DNA of 64,000 nt from Adineta vaga (taxonomy: Eukaryota; Animalia; Rotifera): positions 16,492,001 to 16,556,000 of the forward strand of contig CP075493.1 in the NCBI GenBank assembly GCA_021613535.1. Reading direction: 5' to 3'. Below the pieces are notes generated by a model, which did not search any database, had not been told where the DNA came from, and saw only the letters and a list, made by a program, of their open reading frames with translations. This document shows, piece by piece, positions 51,146 to 64,000 of this stretch; the stretch's first letter is position 1; every line of letters begins with the position of its first letter. A program made the translations under genes and the position numbers.

Positions 51146-53093
51146 CTGTTAATGTATAGATATAGAATAAAAGACGATTGAAAAATATGAACATGAAGTC
51201 AATTCCTTCAATTTTTATAAATAAGAAGCTGCAGAATACGATTTCTACAGAATCACGCACATCATTATATGAAGTAGATATTATCTGAACTAGAAAAGTT
51301 TTGAAATTTTATCTTTATAACATTCCTTACCGATTTTTTTCCTCTCTTTTTTTCGAGTTGCAAGCGGCAAATATGTAATAATGAAGACAAGAATCACACT
51401 ATATATGTGTTTTTTTTTCGTTCTTTTCTGTACATGTGTATCGAGAGGAAGGACTATAGGTCGGCAGTTGGCTGTCCAATGAAATAAAGTGATGAATATT
51501 TTCTTTTTCGTTCTTACATTACTTTATACGTGACTATGTCATATGCAGACAGAAACGACGCAAAAAAAAACTTATTTTAATGGCTATTAGTTCAGTGGTT
51601 GGTCTCATAATTCAAATGATCAGTTGGTAATTTTAAAATATTTAGTATATTAGTTGAAAGTGTCAGTAAAAAGTAGAACGGGGTGGGTGAACATGCGTAC
51701 ATCCAACATCTAGATCTCACCCTCAAGACAAACACAAGTTTCTTCTCAGATCAAAGTCACACAGTTTGACAACTGATGATGGACAAACAGTACAATTTCT
51801 GTTGAAAAAAAAGCGAACTGAAAATCCATGTAATGGATCTTTGAATTGATAAGTTGATAAAATTCGAAATAATTTCGATATGGGATACGAACCCATCAGT
51901 GACAATCAAAAATGATCACATCATACCCACTCGATTCTATCACATACTTATACATATTCATTATCTTATTTTCTGTAATATGATACTGAACATTCTCTTT
52001 CCCTTCGATGAAATAAACATATAAATACCATAATTTCACCAGTTCTTGGATCTAATAATCGACGATTATAATCTAATATTTATTATACAACCATCCAGTT
52101 AGAACTAAGAAGAAAAAGAAGTTCCAACGAAAACTAACAACAAACCTGATCGATATTTATGGAAATTACTCATTATAGTTGAAAATGTTTGATTCATTCT
52201 TTCGTGCAATCAATAGCAGATGTAGTTCTCAGTAGTGACATCTGTATTTCTTCGATCAAATCAAGAAAATCGGGAACATTTTTTCTTGAACGAAGTTAAC
52301 ATTTCTCTGACAATCTCGTAGGAAGAATATTACGATTGAATTAACAATGCATCATAAAGAGAGGCTATCTTCCAAGCAACTGACACAATGATGCACGAAC
52401 GAATAATTTAACTGGAACTGATTATACATAATATTACTATTATAGAATCTTACAAGTTCTATGTATGATAAAATAGTGAAATACTCCTGGTCACACACAC
52501 AATTACGACTTTTCTATGTGATGTTCCCGTAGGAGCTGCTATTTATCTTGGATTCTCTACTTTTTTTCTTTTCTTTTCTAAGTTTATTTCAAATTATTCT
52601 TTATGGAATAAAACTTATCTTTCAATGCTTCAAATTTCAATTATTTACCTACCAAATCTGAAACCATCAGAATATGATCAAAAACAAATCAAAGATTTCC
52701 AATTCGCAAATACTGGTAGTGGAAATTTGAAAGTTATTAACAATCATTTAGTTACTTTAGAAATGTGTGTTATTATTTAATAAGAGTTTTTCAAGTAGTT
52801 AGATGATTATATTTGAAGATGTGGCAGTTGATGTAAAATTAATGAGAAAATATATCACGTGAATCCAGTTTTTCAATGTTTCACCTACATAAAATTTCAT
52901 ATAAATTTCTTTTTCAAGCACTAGAACACTTGAATAATCCTGATTATTTACCATCTTGTCTAAAAATTATTATCTCAAGAATGTTGTATATAAAAAAAAC
53001 CAACATCGATGCATAAAAAATTAATTTCCTCCTTTGAAAATATAAATATAATAAATGCACATGATGTTGCTCTTCATTTTAAATTGATCAAAA

Positions 53094-56000
53094 ATGTCTT
53101 CTCTAAAGAATTATTTTCTTAACTTAAATCTGTTTTTATCATCTAATCAGAACCATAATAATGAACAGGAAAATGATTACCACCAAAAACATCAATGGAA
53201 TCTTATCTGTACGCGAGTTTATATTTTATCCATCATTATGATATTGTTTTGTACAGGTGTTATATTATGTTTGACGGAACAAACAACATTAATTCTCCTA
53301 AAACATCCAACCCAAAAGCAATTTCAACTTCTTCCTAAGGATGCGAAATGTTCTTGTTCACAAATTTCCATTCCATATGGAAAATTCACTACACTCAATA
53401 CAACTTTTCATCAAGTTTGTTCTAGTGATTTCGTTACTCATCGATGGTTTCAAGCAACTAACTTTAATACAAATTCGACTTATCTCTTAAATTCGGATTT
53501 TCGCACATATGGTAGTGCACAATTTCAATCATTAGCTGGTTTTTGTCGTTTATCAAAAGCAAATATCGATCAAAGTATTCTATTCTTCTATTCAAATACA
53601 TTGTTAAGTTCAGTCGTGTTATCCGAATATGTTCTTCACTCGCAAACTCAATCATCGATAAAGCAATTTCAATTAAGAACACCAAATAATTTCAATTCTC
53701 AACTACGATTAATAAATCAGATGATAATTAACAATCAAATATTATCTGCTTTACAAACAAATTTTTGGCGTATGTATTCGAGTTTCGCAGATACTGTTAA
53801 CATTCGAGTATTACCAAGATTTTATAAACGAGATAATGATCGATGTTATTGTTCTATGTATGTTTGTGATAAAACTGCATCAGGTATTTTTAACACAGAC
53901 AATAACTCAAATTTAAACGAACCTAGCAATATTCTCTGGACTTTACCGGGAATATTAGCAGGTTGTTTACCAGTACAATCAATTCTTGTTTCAACACTTG
54001 AATGTTTCTACAATCAGACTTGTCTAAACAAACTCATGTCTTATATTTCTGTTAATGAAAGTTTTCAAGTTATGAATATATCTCAATCAACATTATATAC
54101 ATCAAATACTACAATACAATCGATAGTTAATAATTTTATGACAGAAGATTGGATTATAAATATATCCTATGATAAATATTATTTAGAATGTTCACCATCT
54201 CTATGTACTTATTTTCAAACATCTCGACGAACTTTTGTACATATATTGACAAAATTAATTAGTTTGTTGGCGAGTTTAGTACTTATTCTTCGCTTGATAT
54301 TTTCCTTCATTATTCATTTCATTTATCGTTTACAGGATTCGACACCAAAACCAAAGATTTCGTGTAAGTATAGGAAATATTTCGTCTGAATAGATTATCA
54401 ATCGTTGTGATTTATTTGATTTTTTCTAGTTTATATTCGATTATGTCAATGGAAAGAATCAATTCGAAAGAAATTAATTGAATTCAATATGTTTAATTAT
54501 AATTCAAATGTTGTTCAACACATACGTTATCAGTGTTATGCAACACGATTATACATAGTTTTAATAATTATTTTAATGTTAATTTTAACTGTTTACAATG
54601 CCACAAAAAGATCAATTCAATCGAAAACTATTCTTAATCCAACTCAATCTCAATATATTCAACTTTACCAACAATATCCTCATACATTTATATGTCCATG
54701 TTCATCAATATCTATGTCTTATTCGACATTTATTACAATTGAACCACAATATCATCAATTATGTTCTAGTTATTTCATTTCAACACAATGGATGGATTAT
54801 ATAGAAATGATTTCTGGCAATATTTTTGTTTCGGATAATGATTATCGAATGAATGCTCCTTTTCATTTCAATTCATTAGCAATGTTTTGTCAACAAGCCA
54901 AACAATCCATAAATGAATCGAGTGAAACATTTCTCCAAACAAAATTTGTCACTTCTCAACTTCTTTCCCAACAAACATTTCAAAGTCAAATCAATTCACT
55001 GTTCGAAGATTGGAAATTAGGAACAATGAATACATTTATTCGAATGATTCAATTAGTTCGTACAACTACAAAAGGAAATCAATTATCCACTATTCACAAT
55101 ACCGAAACTTCTGTAAATATAACTTCAAGAAATGTCATAATAAAACCATCGTTTTATTCCACGTGTAACTGTGCTCTATCTCCGTCTTGTCGTCGAAACA
55201 TTATTTTCTATGATCGTAACACATCGGTCATTCTACATTCAGTTCCAAATTTCTTTATTGGTTGTTATCCAATTGAAGCATTATTTGCATCAACATTAGA
55301 ATGTTTTTACAATCTATCATGTATATTGAAAACTAATAGTTATTTATTGTCTTCCAAAACTTTCAATAATTCTTCTCTCGATGAAAATCTTAACAATCCA
55401 AATGAAATCATTGAAATGATTATCAATCGATTAATGGTAGATAAATGGATAACAAATCTATCTTTTTCTTCATATTATAATCAATGCGCATCATTATCAT
55501 GTACATATCAATATGAAGATCGAAATAATCGTTATGTCATTATTAGTGTTAGTGTGTTCATTTATGGAAGTTTATCACTTGGACTAAAACTTATCATTCT
55601 AATTGGTCTGCATTTTATTGATACAATTACTCTATTTAGTGTTTCACATCATACTTTATTTCAATTTTTTAAACGTATATTTATCTGTAAGATGGAAAAT
55701 CAACTAATTCATCGATTACATGTGATTTTAGTTGCGACAACCTTGTCAATTCTTTATATGTATTCAACTTTAACTCCTCAAGTAACAAATATTGAAATTC
55801 AGAAACCTTCATTATTTATGTATGAAAAATTGATGAAACAATCATTTGATTCAATTGAATGTTCTTGTTCACAAATCTCAATCAAATACAAAACATTTCT
55901 CAATCTAACATCTCATTTTCATCAACTTTGTTCAAGTGATTTAGTTTCAAATCTCACGAGTTCTTATTTCTATAATTATACATTATCTAATCCGGTTTCA

Positions 56001-56780
56001 CCAAGTGATTTTCTCTATTCAGCTTATGTACAATTTCAACTTCTTACTTCGTTTTGTCAATTATCAAAACAAACAGTGGAAGATTCACTTATTCAGCTAG
56101 GCATCAGTGATTTCATCAGTACACATCTTCTATCCGCAACTTTATTAAATAATCAAATTCAAAAAATAATCAATGATTTTCAAATCACAATGCCCAAATT
56201 ATTCTTCAATACTCTTTCATTAATTCGAGAAATAACAGGAGCAAATATGTTATTAAATGTCTTATCAACCAATTGGATCATTGATACGCCATCAAAAATA
56301 CTCGATCGACTATCTATTGATAATATTCCATTGAATTACAATGGATGTAGTTGTGCACTATCATCCAAATGTGTTTCTCCATCTCGAGGAATGTTAGCAG
56401 GTTGTTATCCACTAGAATCAATTTTACAATCAACAACTGAATGTTTTTATGATAAAAATTGTACCAATCAACTTGTCGATATCAATGCAATCAATATTTC
56501 TATATTATCCTCCAGTCGTTTTCCATTAAATTCAACAATTGAATCAATTATCAATGAATTAATGATTGAAAATTTAACAAGTTCTTTATCTTATGAATCA
56601 TATTTCAATCAATGTGCACCTTTATCATGTATTTATTCTTATGTTGATAACAGTAATATTATCGAAGGTATAATAACATTGATTGGTCTATATGGTGGTT
56701 TGGTTATTATTTGTCGATTGATTGCTATTCTGATTCTCAAACAGATTCTACGTCGAACATTTAAAATAACACCATCTTGA
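53094..56780 (+). CDS. Uncharacterised ~1206-aa membrane protein of three tandem TM-Cys-rich ectodomain-TM units (exons 53094-54363, 54430-56780)
   Basis: Each unit has C.CS..HQ.CSS..F..L..FC..GC.P..S.LECFY..C..Y..C.P..C.Y flanked by TM helices. The GT-AG intron joins the two ORFs in frame. Confidence 0.8.
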
Positions 56781-57053
56781 AGGTGTGAGTGTGAATGTGG
56801 TTGAAGAAGAAATACTTTTACCCTAAACCTGCACCCACCCTTTTATTGAACGAGTGTCGTCAGAAAGATAAATATGACGTTTAACTAAATTTTCTAAAAC
56901 ATGTTCTCATCTTATATCAAATAAATTGTATAATACATATTAAATTTTTAATGTCACACCTTTGAGAACATTAATACAACTCAAATATTAACATTAGTTT
57001 TTGAATCAATAAAAAATACGTTTATGTTTTAATAAAACGAAAGATAACAAAAA

Positions 57054-57611
57054 CATGAAAATTTCTTCGTTCACAAACATTTCGTTTTGATTAATTTCTT
57101 AATATTAATTCTTCCAATAATAAATTTCATTCTTGGAATTATTTATTACAATCGCTGTTCAACACAACCATCGATTTCTAATTATGTTATTATCTCAGCT
57201 GCATTGGAAATTACTATGTGTATTTTCTTTGTACCAGTAAGAGATTCTTCAATAGTTTTTCATTGTTTTATTTAAAATTGAATAGAGTATTGCCTTTGCT
57301 GTGATGATAGCGGAAAAATCAACAGAAAATGGTAATTGTTGTACAGGTTTAGTAGCATGCTGTTATACACTGATATACTCTGGAGTTTTATATTGATGAT
57401 TCATATTACTATAATATCAGTTATAATAATAACTGTAAGTTTATGTTATTGGAAAGGTTTTTATTTCATTTTAGGGTGGAGTTTATGTGATATCTGTTCG
57501 AAAAATTGTACAATTTTCTGATCCAAATCAATCAATGTATTATCATTCAGTACTGCATAATTGTGCATTTTGGACATTGATAATCTATTATGGTATTTTT
57601 GCTATTCTTTT
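57054..57611 (+). pseudogene. Degenerate multi-exon multi-TM (TMEM272-like) gene ending at a hairpin element
   Basis: LPIINFILGIIYYNRCSTQPSISNYVII..; ..HSVLHNCAFWTLIIYYGIF runs directly into TCTTGAGGGTGTGGG. Frames are disrupted. Confidence 0.4.
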
Positions 57612-58574
57612 TCTTGAGGGTGTGGGTGGGTCAGGGCTACCAAACCTCCTGATTTTCATCTTTCCTTAGTCAAGAATCACTGACGCATTTGGCTTATAGA
57701 AATGTTAGGAAGAAAACAAGAGAATATGATCAGAACTAACTGAACTGGTATTAACTATTGTGTGATCGAATGTTTGAGGGTGTAGGTGTGGGTGAAGGTG
57801 TGATTGAGGAGATGACATCTACACCTACGTCGTAAGTAGCTTAGAATTATCTTCAAAAACTCACACCATCTCCAGGTTGGTAACGTCTCTGGTTTGAATA
57901 AAAACAGTATCATATGTGAATTATCATTTACTGTTCTTATAAAACATGATTTAGAAATATCAAAGTATTTGAATAGAATATGAAAGGAAACTGTTGTTAT
58001 CAAGATCAAATATAATTTTTTTTAAAAAAAAAAAACGTTGAAAGTCAGCGCTTTTGCAAAAGAAGAAAAGCATCTTGAGGGTGAAATGAACAAAATTTAC
58101 TGATTTATTATTTAATTTTCAGCATTTAGTTAATAATCATTCCTAGTATTAATGAATTCTTTTTCTCTTTTGTTGCGTCACTTTTTATCATAATTTGTTT
58201 TTAACAGATGTTTAAAAGAAACATAAAATAATGAAAAAATGTAGAAAATATCGAAGCACGGTTTTATCATAAATGGATAAAGCACATTTTGCCCACTTTT
58301 TTCTATTCAAATATAAGTGACATATGAAATGAATACTGTGCTGTAACAGATTCAAAAAAAAGTAAAGAAAGACTTACTGTAATGAAGTATCTCAACAAGA
58401 GCAGATTCTGAGAACAAACTCACTTGGAATTTCTATCTACGCTGTGAATTCAGACGAAAGATGTTATATAAAGTGGGTTCCTCGCTAGAATAAGTTTTTT
58501 TCTTTCTAGAATAAGATATTTCTACTACTGCTGAAAATGCATTAATCAACCCACAGTTTCAATCATTTATTGAA

Positions 58575-61500
58575 ATGATGAGTGTTAAAACACTGGCTCG
58601 TTGGTTTTATAAACAAATATATAATTACAATATTTTTATATCAGAAGAAAATCAATATGATAATGACAATGATGAACAAAACGATGATCCAACAATTATT
58701 CTTAAACAGCAAAAATATGCAACTTGGTTGTATATTCTATTTCTTACGGGTGAGTAAGATAGTAGAACTGTTCTTCTTTAGCATGTATATTTAATATAAA
58801 AATGCTTTTCAACAAAATCAAAAGTATTTTCTAGGTTAGAATTGAGAAATCTTAACAAATATTTTCATGATTTATATATCGCACAAGATAAAACAATTAA
58901 CAAGTTAAATTTTATTGTTCTTTATATTTCTTCATAGGATTTCTTTATATTCTTTTCTTTACTGCTCTGATGACATCGCATTCTCCGATAATCTCTATTC
59001 GCAATATCTCTTCTGCCACTTTTATTCGACTTCATCGTGAATATAAAGACACTCTTTCATGTCCATGTTCAACAATGTCAATACCTCTCAAGAACTTCGT
59101 CTCCCATACAATCAACTATCATCCTCTCTGTTCAAGTCATTTTGTTAGTCAACAATGGATCGAAGCACTATATTTAAAAGATGCAAGTACATATGGAACA
59201 GGTGATTTTCGATCAACAGCTAGTTCTCAAGTAAGTCAAAATATATATAATAAACAAATTTTCCTATTCATCGAGTTTCTTGGCTTCATACATTATCTCA
59301 ATCAATCTTGAGGATAAAGATTGAAACTAATATTCACATTCTTAATATACTCAAATATAATTATTTTAATTGTCTTATTATTCATTTAGTTTCAACTTTT
59401 GGCTAGTCTTTGTTCGATCTCTCAAGACACTGTCTCCCAAAAACGAATGGATTTAGACAATAATGAATTTGTCTTTAGTGATCTTCTTCTTGAAAATCAA
59501 GTTAAATATAAAGTCAATGCTACTATAGAATTCTTCAAAAAAAATTCATCTACTGGAATTATTTCATTTTTGAATTATCTTCGAACAAATATGCAAACAA
59601 ATTTCTTAGTGTCTGCTCTCAATACAAATTTTCTATTTATAGTTGATATTAAAGGAGGTAAGTGATGGTGATCAAGAAAAATCGACATTAAAAACATCAC
59701 CTAAGAGAAAACGATACAAGAGAGTGTGGGTGTGATTGAGGAGATAACATCTACACCCACCCACATCCATCCTCCAGTTTACACCTTCAAGATTCACGCT
59801 CTAGTCTGTATGTTCAGCAAAAACCGTGTCCTTGTACATGCCTTCTTTTTTTCTCATGAGCACCTCTAAAGCTCACACTCACACTTAGACTTTTGCCTAG
59901 CCGAAGCCGTTCAAGCGATTGGGTTAAATATTTAGATTATACATACGCCAGATCCAAATCACCATATTTTTTGAATTTGGGATGTGGGGTACGGGTTAGG
60001 ATTTTAATTTTAATCGTAAGGTAGAACTCGAAGGCTTCGACTTCTAATTCACACAAAAATAGTAAATCTCAAACTCAAATTAACCATACCGCAACATTCT
60101 TTTGAACTTAGAGAAGTGCCGCACGAAGTTTGATTGCTCTAGCTACGACAGGGATAGAAAACTATATTTCATCAAAACTGGGTGGAAAGTTCGGTGGTCG
60201 TAGCTATGACAGGGACTGAACGCATAGCGAACGAACAAACAAACAAACGAAAAAAAAAACTTTCTTCTTTACATATATAGATATTGAGAATTATCACAAA
60301 CTTTTCAGTAGCGAAATATCATATTCTGAGACAAGTTTTGATGGTTCTACGACAAAAATACTTATGGATTGTAGTAATACCAATGCAACGAGTGAAGTTG
60401 GTTTTCTTTCTATTTCCGAAAATTCATTATATGAGATTCGTCAAACATGGTCTAAACCACGATCAAATGAATCATTGGTCAGTGGATTCTTTACAGGATG
60501 TACTCCTCTTGAAGCTGTTCTTCGAAGTACACTCGATTGTTTGTATAAAATTCAATGTCTTGAATTATTAAAAAATAAATTTCCAGGCATTAATGAAGTA
60601 TGTATGATATGATTCTATCTCTCGTATATAAATATTTTTATTTAGACGTTTTTAAAACCACTTGATTTAGTTTCAAATTCAAAACAACAAATTATTCCTG
60701 TAAAAGATCACTTGGTTAATCTTTTCATTGAAGAATGGTCAACAGAAATCAGTTACTCACAATATTTTCATGAATGTGCTCCTTCAATTTGTACATATGT
60801 GATCTCTCAATCAATCAATTTTTCTTATGCATTTACTCTATTCATCGGTCTTTATGGTGGTCTTACAATTATACTTCGTTTAATCGTATTAATTTTAGTT
60901 AATATTTACTGGAAACTAAAAAAGCATTCAAGAAATACAAATGTTTTTCATGGTATCCATTGATTCTTATAAAAATTAATCGTATCATTTTGTATATTTT
61001 ATATTTAATTTCTAGTCTTTCAAATGACATATGTTTATAAATTCGGTCGGTATATGAAACAATTAAATTTATTTAAGAGTACTAAACAACAAACAGAAGA
61101 TGATATTAAAAATCAAAAGATTATTACACGTGTCTATTTAGTCCTTTTAACAAGTATGTTTGTTTATTCGCTATGCATTCACAGTCCCTTTAATAGCTAG
61201 TATCACCAAACTATCGATGAAACTTACGTGTGTACAGGGAAAAGTCGAGAGAAGGTGATGGAAATTTAATCCGATTTAGAGCAGCTCATTCAATCGATCT
61301 TTAGAGCATCCATCTATTATTATGCTTTCGCACCAATCTAGTTGTGTTACATGGAAATGAGAGCCATTGAGAAGTAAGATACTCACCGACACACAATATT
61401 CGTTGAACTATAGTGTTTTATCGTAGATGTGTGTGCATTCGCGATAGCTGAAACTTTAACCCGACGTCTAAGGTTTTTTAGGTGCGAACTGAAGCGAAGA

Positions 61501-64000
61501 TAGAGTTGGAGCAGGAACTGTTAAGAAACGGATGGATTTGGAATGCTACATAGTATAAGTTATTCTATCTTTGATATGCATGGCGGGGTATGTTGTGATG
61601 TAGGTGAAACATTTCAAGAACAACTCTCTGTGCGTCCTCTGTCGTTTTCTGATACAGAAAGTTTTCAGTCTGGAAGATTCTGAACCATCATCGGGTACCG
61701 CCGCTATAGTTCTTAAATTTTCAAAAAATTCATCTAGAAGTGAAACTATAGTTTTATTTTATAATACAAGACATATTGATGATGATGAAATTCGACGATA
61801 TTAGTTTTATCTATATGTTAGCACATTATTGTTCTAAAATAGAATAAAATAGATATTTAACAACTGTATAAGTGCTTATTCATAACAGTGATATCAGAAG
61901 GAAAAAATAGAATATGTTTTGCATACATCTGAATTCTAATGTAGAATTTAGGTTTTCACATTTAGTACACTTTTTCATCAATGAGTTTAGTTGAAGATGA
62001 AAATAATTCAACATTCGGACTAAGACTAAGATAATAAATTCATCATTGTTTATTTTTGTTTTTCAAGGTTCATGTATTATTCTCATCCTCTTCATGTCAA
62101 CACATATTGAATGGATTACAATGAAAGAAACGAGTCCATCATTACTCACATATAACAAATTATATGTTGAATATTCTAGCACACTTCAATGCCCATGTTC
62201 CAGTATGGTAATACCTTACCAGAGTTTCATTACATTGTCTCCAATGTTTCATCAAGTATGTTCCAGCGATCTTGTTAAACATGAATGGATCTCATTATTG
62301 ATACATATTAAAACTGGATACAATGTTCCAGATTGGCGTAATCGAGCTTTTTCAAAATTTCATTTATTATCGGATCTTTGTAAATTGGCTAAAGAAAGAG
62401 TTGAAGAAGCTATTAGTCATTTTCTTTCACAACCATTCATTGTTTCAAATATATTATCTGAAACTGATTTTAATTTACAAATAAATGCGACACTTGAAGA
62501 TTTTTTTCAATCGACTAATGATTCATTTACTCTTCTTGTCGAAACAGAACGACTTCTTATGCAAGTTGATCAACCATACTCTGGACCTGTTGGTGGTTAT
62601 GGTGCACGCCTTGAAGAGGAAAATCCGATAGGAATAATCATGAAATCTCTACCAGCAGTATTGGTATGTTAAACATCTTTTTTACATATTTTGTAGATCC
62701 ATATGCGAGATTCTGAAAAACTCTGATAATGATTTCAAAGAATACACAAGAACTTTAAAAAAAATTCATAAGATTCATTGTATTTTCATAGTATTGATTG
62801 ATGTTTAACGTTTCTTTTTAGTTAATATTCATGTTGACCGGACCGCGTAATGTCAATCCAGAACCGAACAATTGTACTTGTGGTATTGATATTCAATGTC
62901 GAATTCCACTTCATATTTATGATGTTGATAATGGTTGGTCAGCTAATCCGAATTATATGAAACGGTATACAGTACCAGGCTCATTTGCAGGATGTACAGC
63001 TACTGAATCACTTTTACTTTCAACACTTGAATGTTACTATTCAAATACAAATTGTTTATCAATACTAATGAATTACAGCGAACAAACATATCGTTATAAT
63101 GTTGAATATCCAACATGGTTTGATGTTCATCCTCTTATTTTTAAATCAGAATCGAGTCGTTTCCCTCCAAATACTTCAATTTCAACAATTCTGAAAAATA
63201 TCTTTATGGAACAATGGAATTCAGCTTTTGTTTATGACCTATTTTACAAATCATGTGCACCAAATTATTGTACTTATTTAACAAGAACTCGTCAAAAACC
63301 TATCGAAGTCTTAATCAAATTTATTTCAATGATTGGTGGACTGATTATCTCATTGCGACTTATTGTGCCACAACTAGTTAAGTGTGTTTTTTTCGTATTT
63401 ACAAAGATCAATAAAGGAAAACAACAACAACAACAGCAACAAAGTAATCCTTGATCATTTTCATGTAGTATGAAAAAGTTAAAATATTCATTTTTATTCT
63501 AAATAGTTCATTCAAACCGGTTCAACCGATTGAACGCAAATGTGCGGAAACTATTTACACTTTTATATGCAAGTCTGATAGAACTGAATATTTTCAGTAT
63601 ACATAATTTTGGTAGTAATATTGATCGAATAAGAGCTAAACGTCTTGGTCAATGGGCAACTCATCTATATCTGATTTTGTTTGTCACTGGTCTTGTTATT
63701 CTGGCTATCTACAATGGTGTTCAATCTAAAAGAGTGATGGAGACCTTTGATGGACCGCTTCTTCATAGATATCGTCAACTATATGAAAAGTATGGAGAGG
63801 AATTAAAATGCACATGTTCATCAGTTGCATCGCCATATGACCGATTTATCAAAATGAAAGCATTATTTCATGAGGTAAAGAGAAACTAGAAAATGGCAAG
63901 TGAAAAACATGCGAGTGTGAGGGTAGAAGAGACAAAGATTCTCATCTATATCCATAAGAAAACATCATGCATATTCTTAAAGAGTACATTATTTTTCTCA
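58575..64000 (+). CDS. Intron-rich paralog of the TM-Cys-rich-TM repeat protein; at least three units, runs off the window
   Basis: Exons carry CPCS..HPLCSS, GCTPLEAVLRSTLDCLY, ECAPSICTY..IGLYGGL, CPCS..HQVCSS, STLECYY, SCAPNYCTY..IGGL, and a third CTCS..FHE; many GT-AG introns. Confidence 0.78.

Noticed and set aside
11182-59792. CRISPR-like interpretation of the repeat-spacer-repeat hairpins
   Set aside because: Repeats are inverted, dispersed and degenerate rather than tandem direct repeats; no cas genes; the DNA is eukaryotic.
1-64000. tRNA/rRNA genes, or an Athena/Penelope reverse transcriptase explaining the telomeric motifs
   Set aside because: None recognisable by eye and no RT motifs in the ORF track; a covariance search was not possible.

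Overview
This is AT-rich eukaryotic DNA with short (about 45-140 bp) GT-AG introns. Gene content and (TGTGGG/TGAGGG)n telomere-like motifs point to a bdelloid rotifer (inference). Genes: nicotinamidase; a 5-exon adenylate kinase-RING-VWA-Vwaint-Hint(Vint) fusion; NHL- and Kelch-repeat proteins; an F-box/LRR gene built from 84-nt exons; a ZZ-patatin phospholipase; an intronless GC-rich FAD monooxygenase (probable horizontal transfer); a CYP3-clan P450; intact and broken GPCRs; a tandem AIG1/GIMAP-like GTPase and pseudo-GTPase pair followed by a TM/coiled-coil gene; and two paralogous genes made of repeated TM-cysteine-rich-TM units. Mobile DNA: a Merlin/IS1595-type pseudogene, a full-length frameshifted piggyBac, a 5'-truncated LTR retrotransposon with an extra membrane-protein ORF, and several MITEs/foldbacks. 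The most striking unexplained signal is a family of about 20 short hairpin elements, consensus TCTTGAGGG(TGTGGG)n - ~20-bp spacer - (CCCACA)nCCCTCAAGA. They sit mostly at gene boundaries, some pairs share spacers, and several genes or elements break off right at them. All calls were made by eye; no database searches were run.
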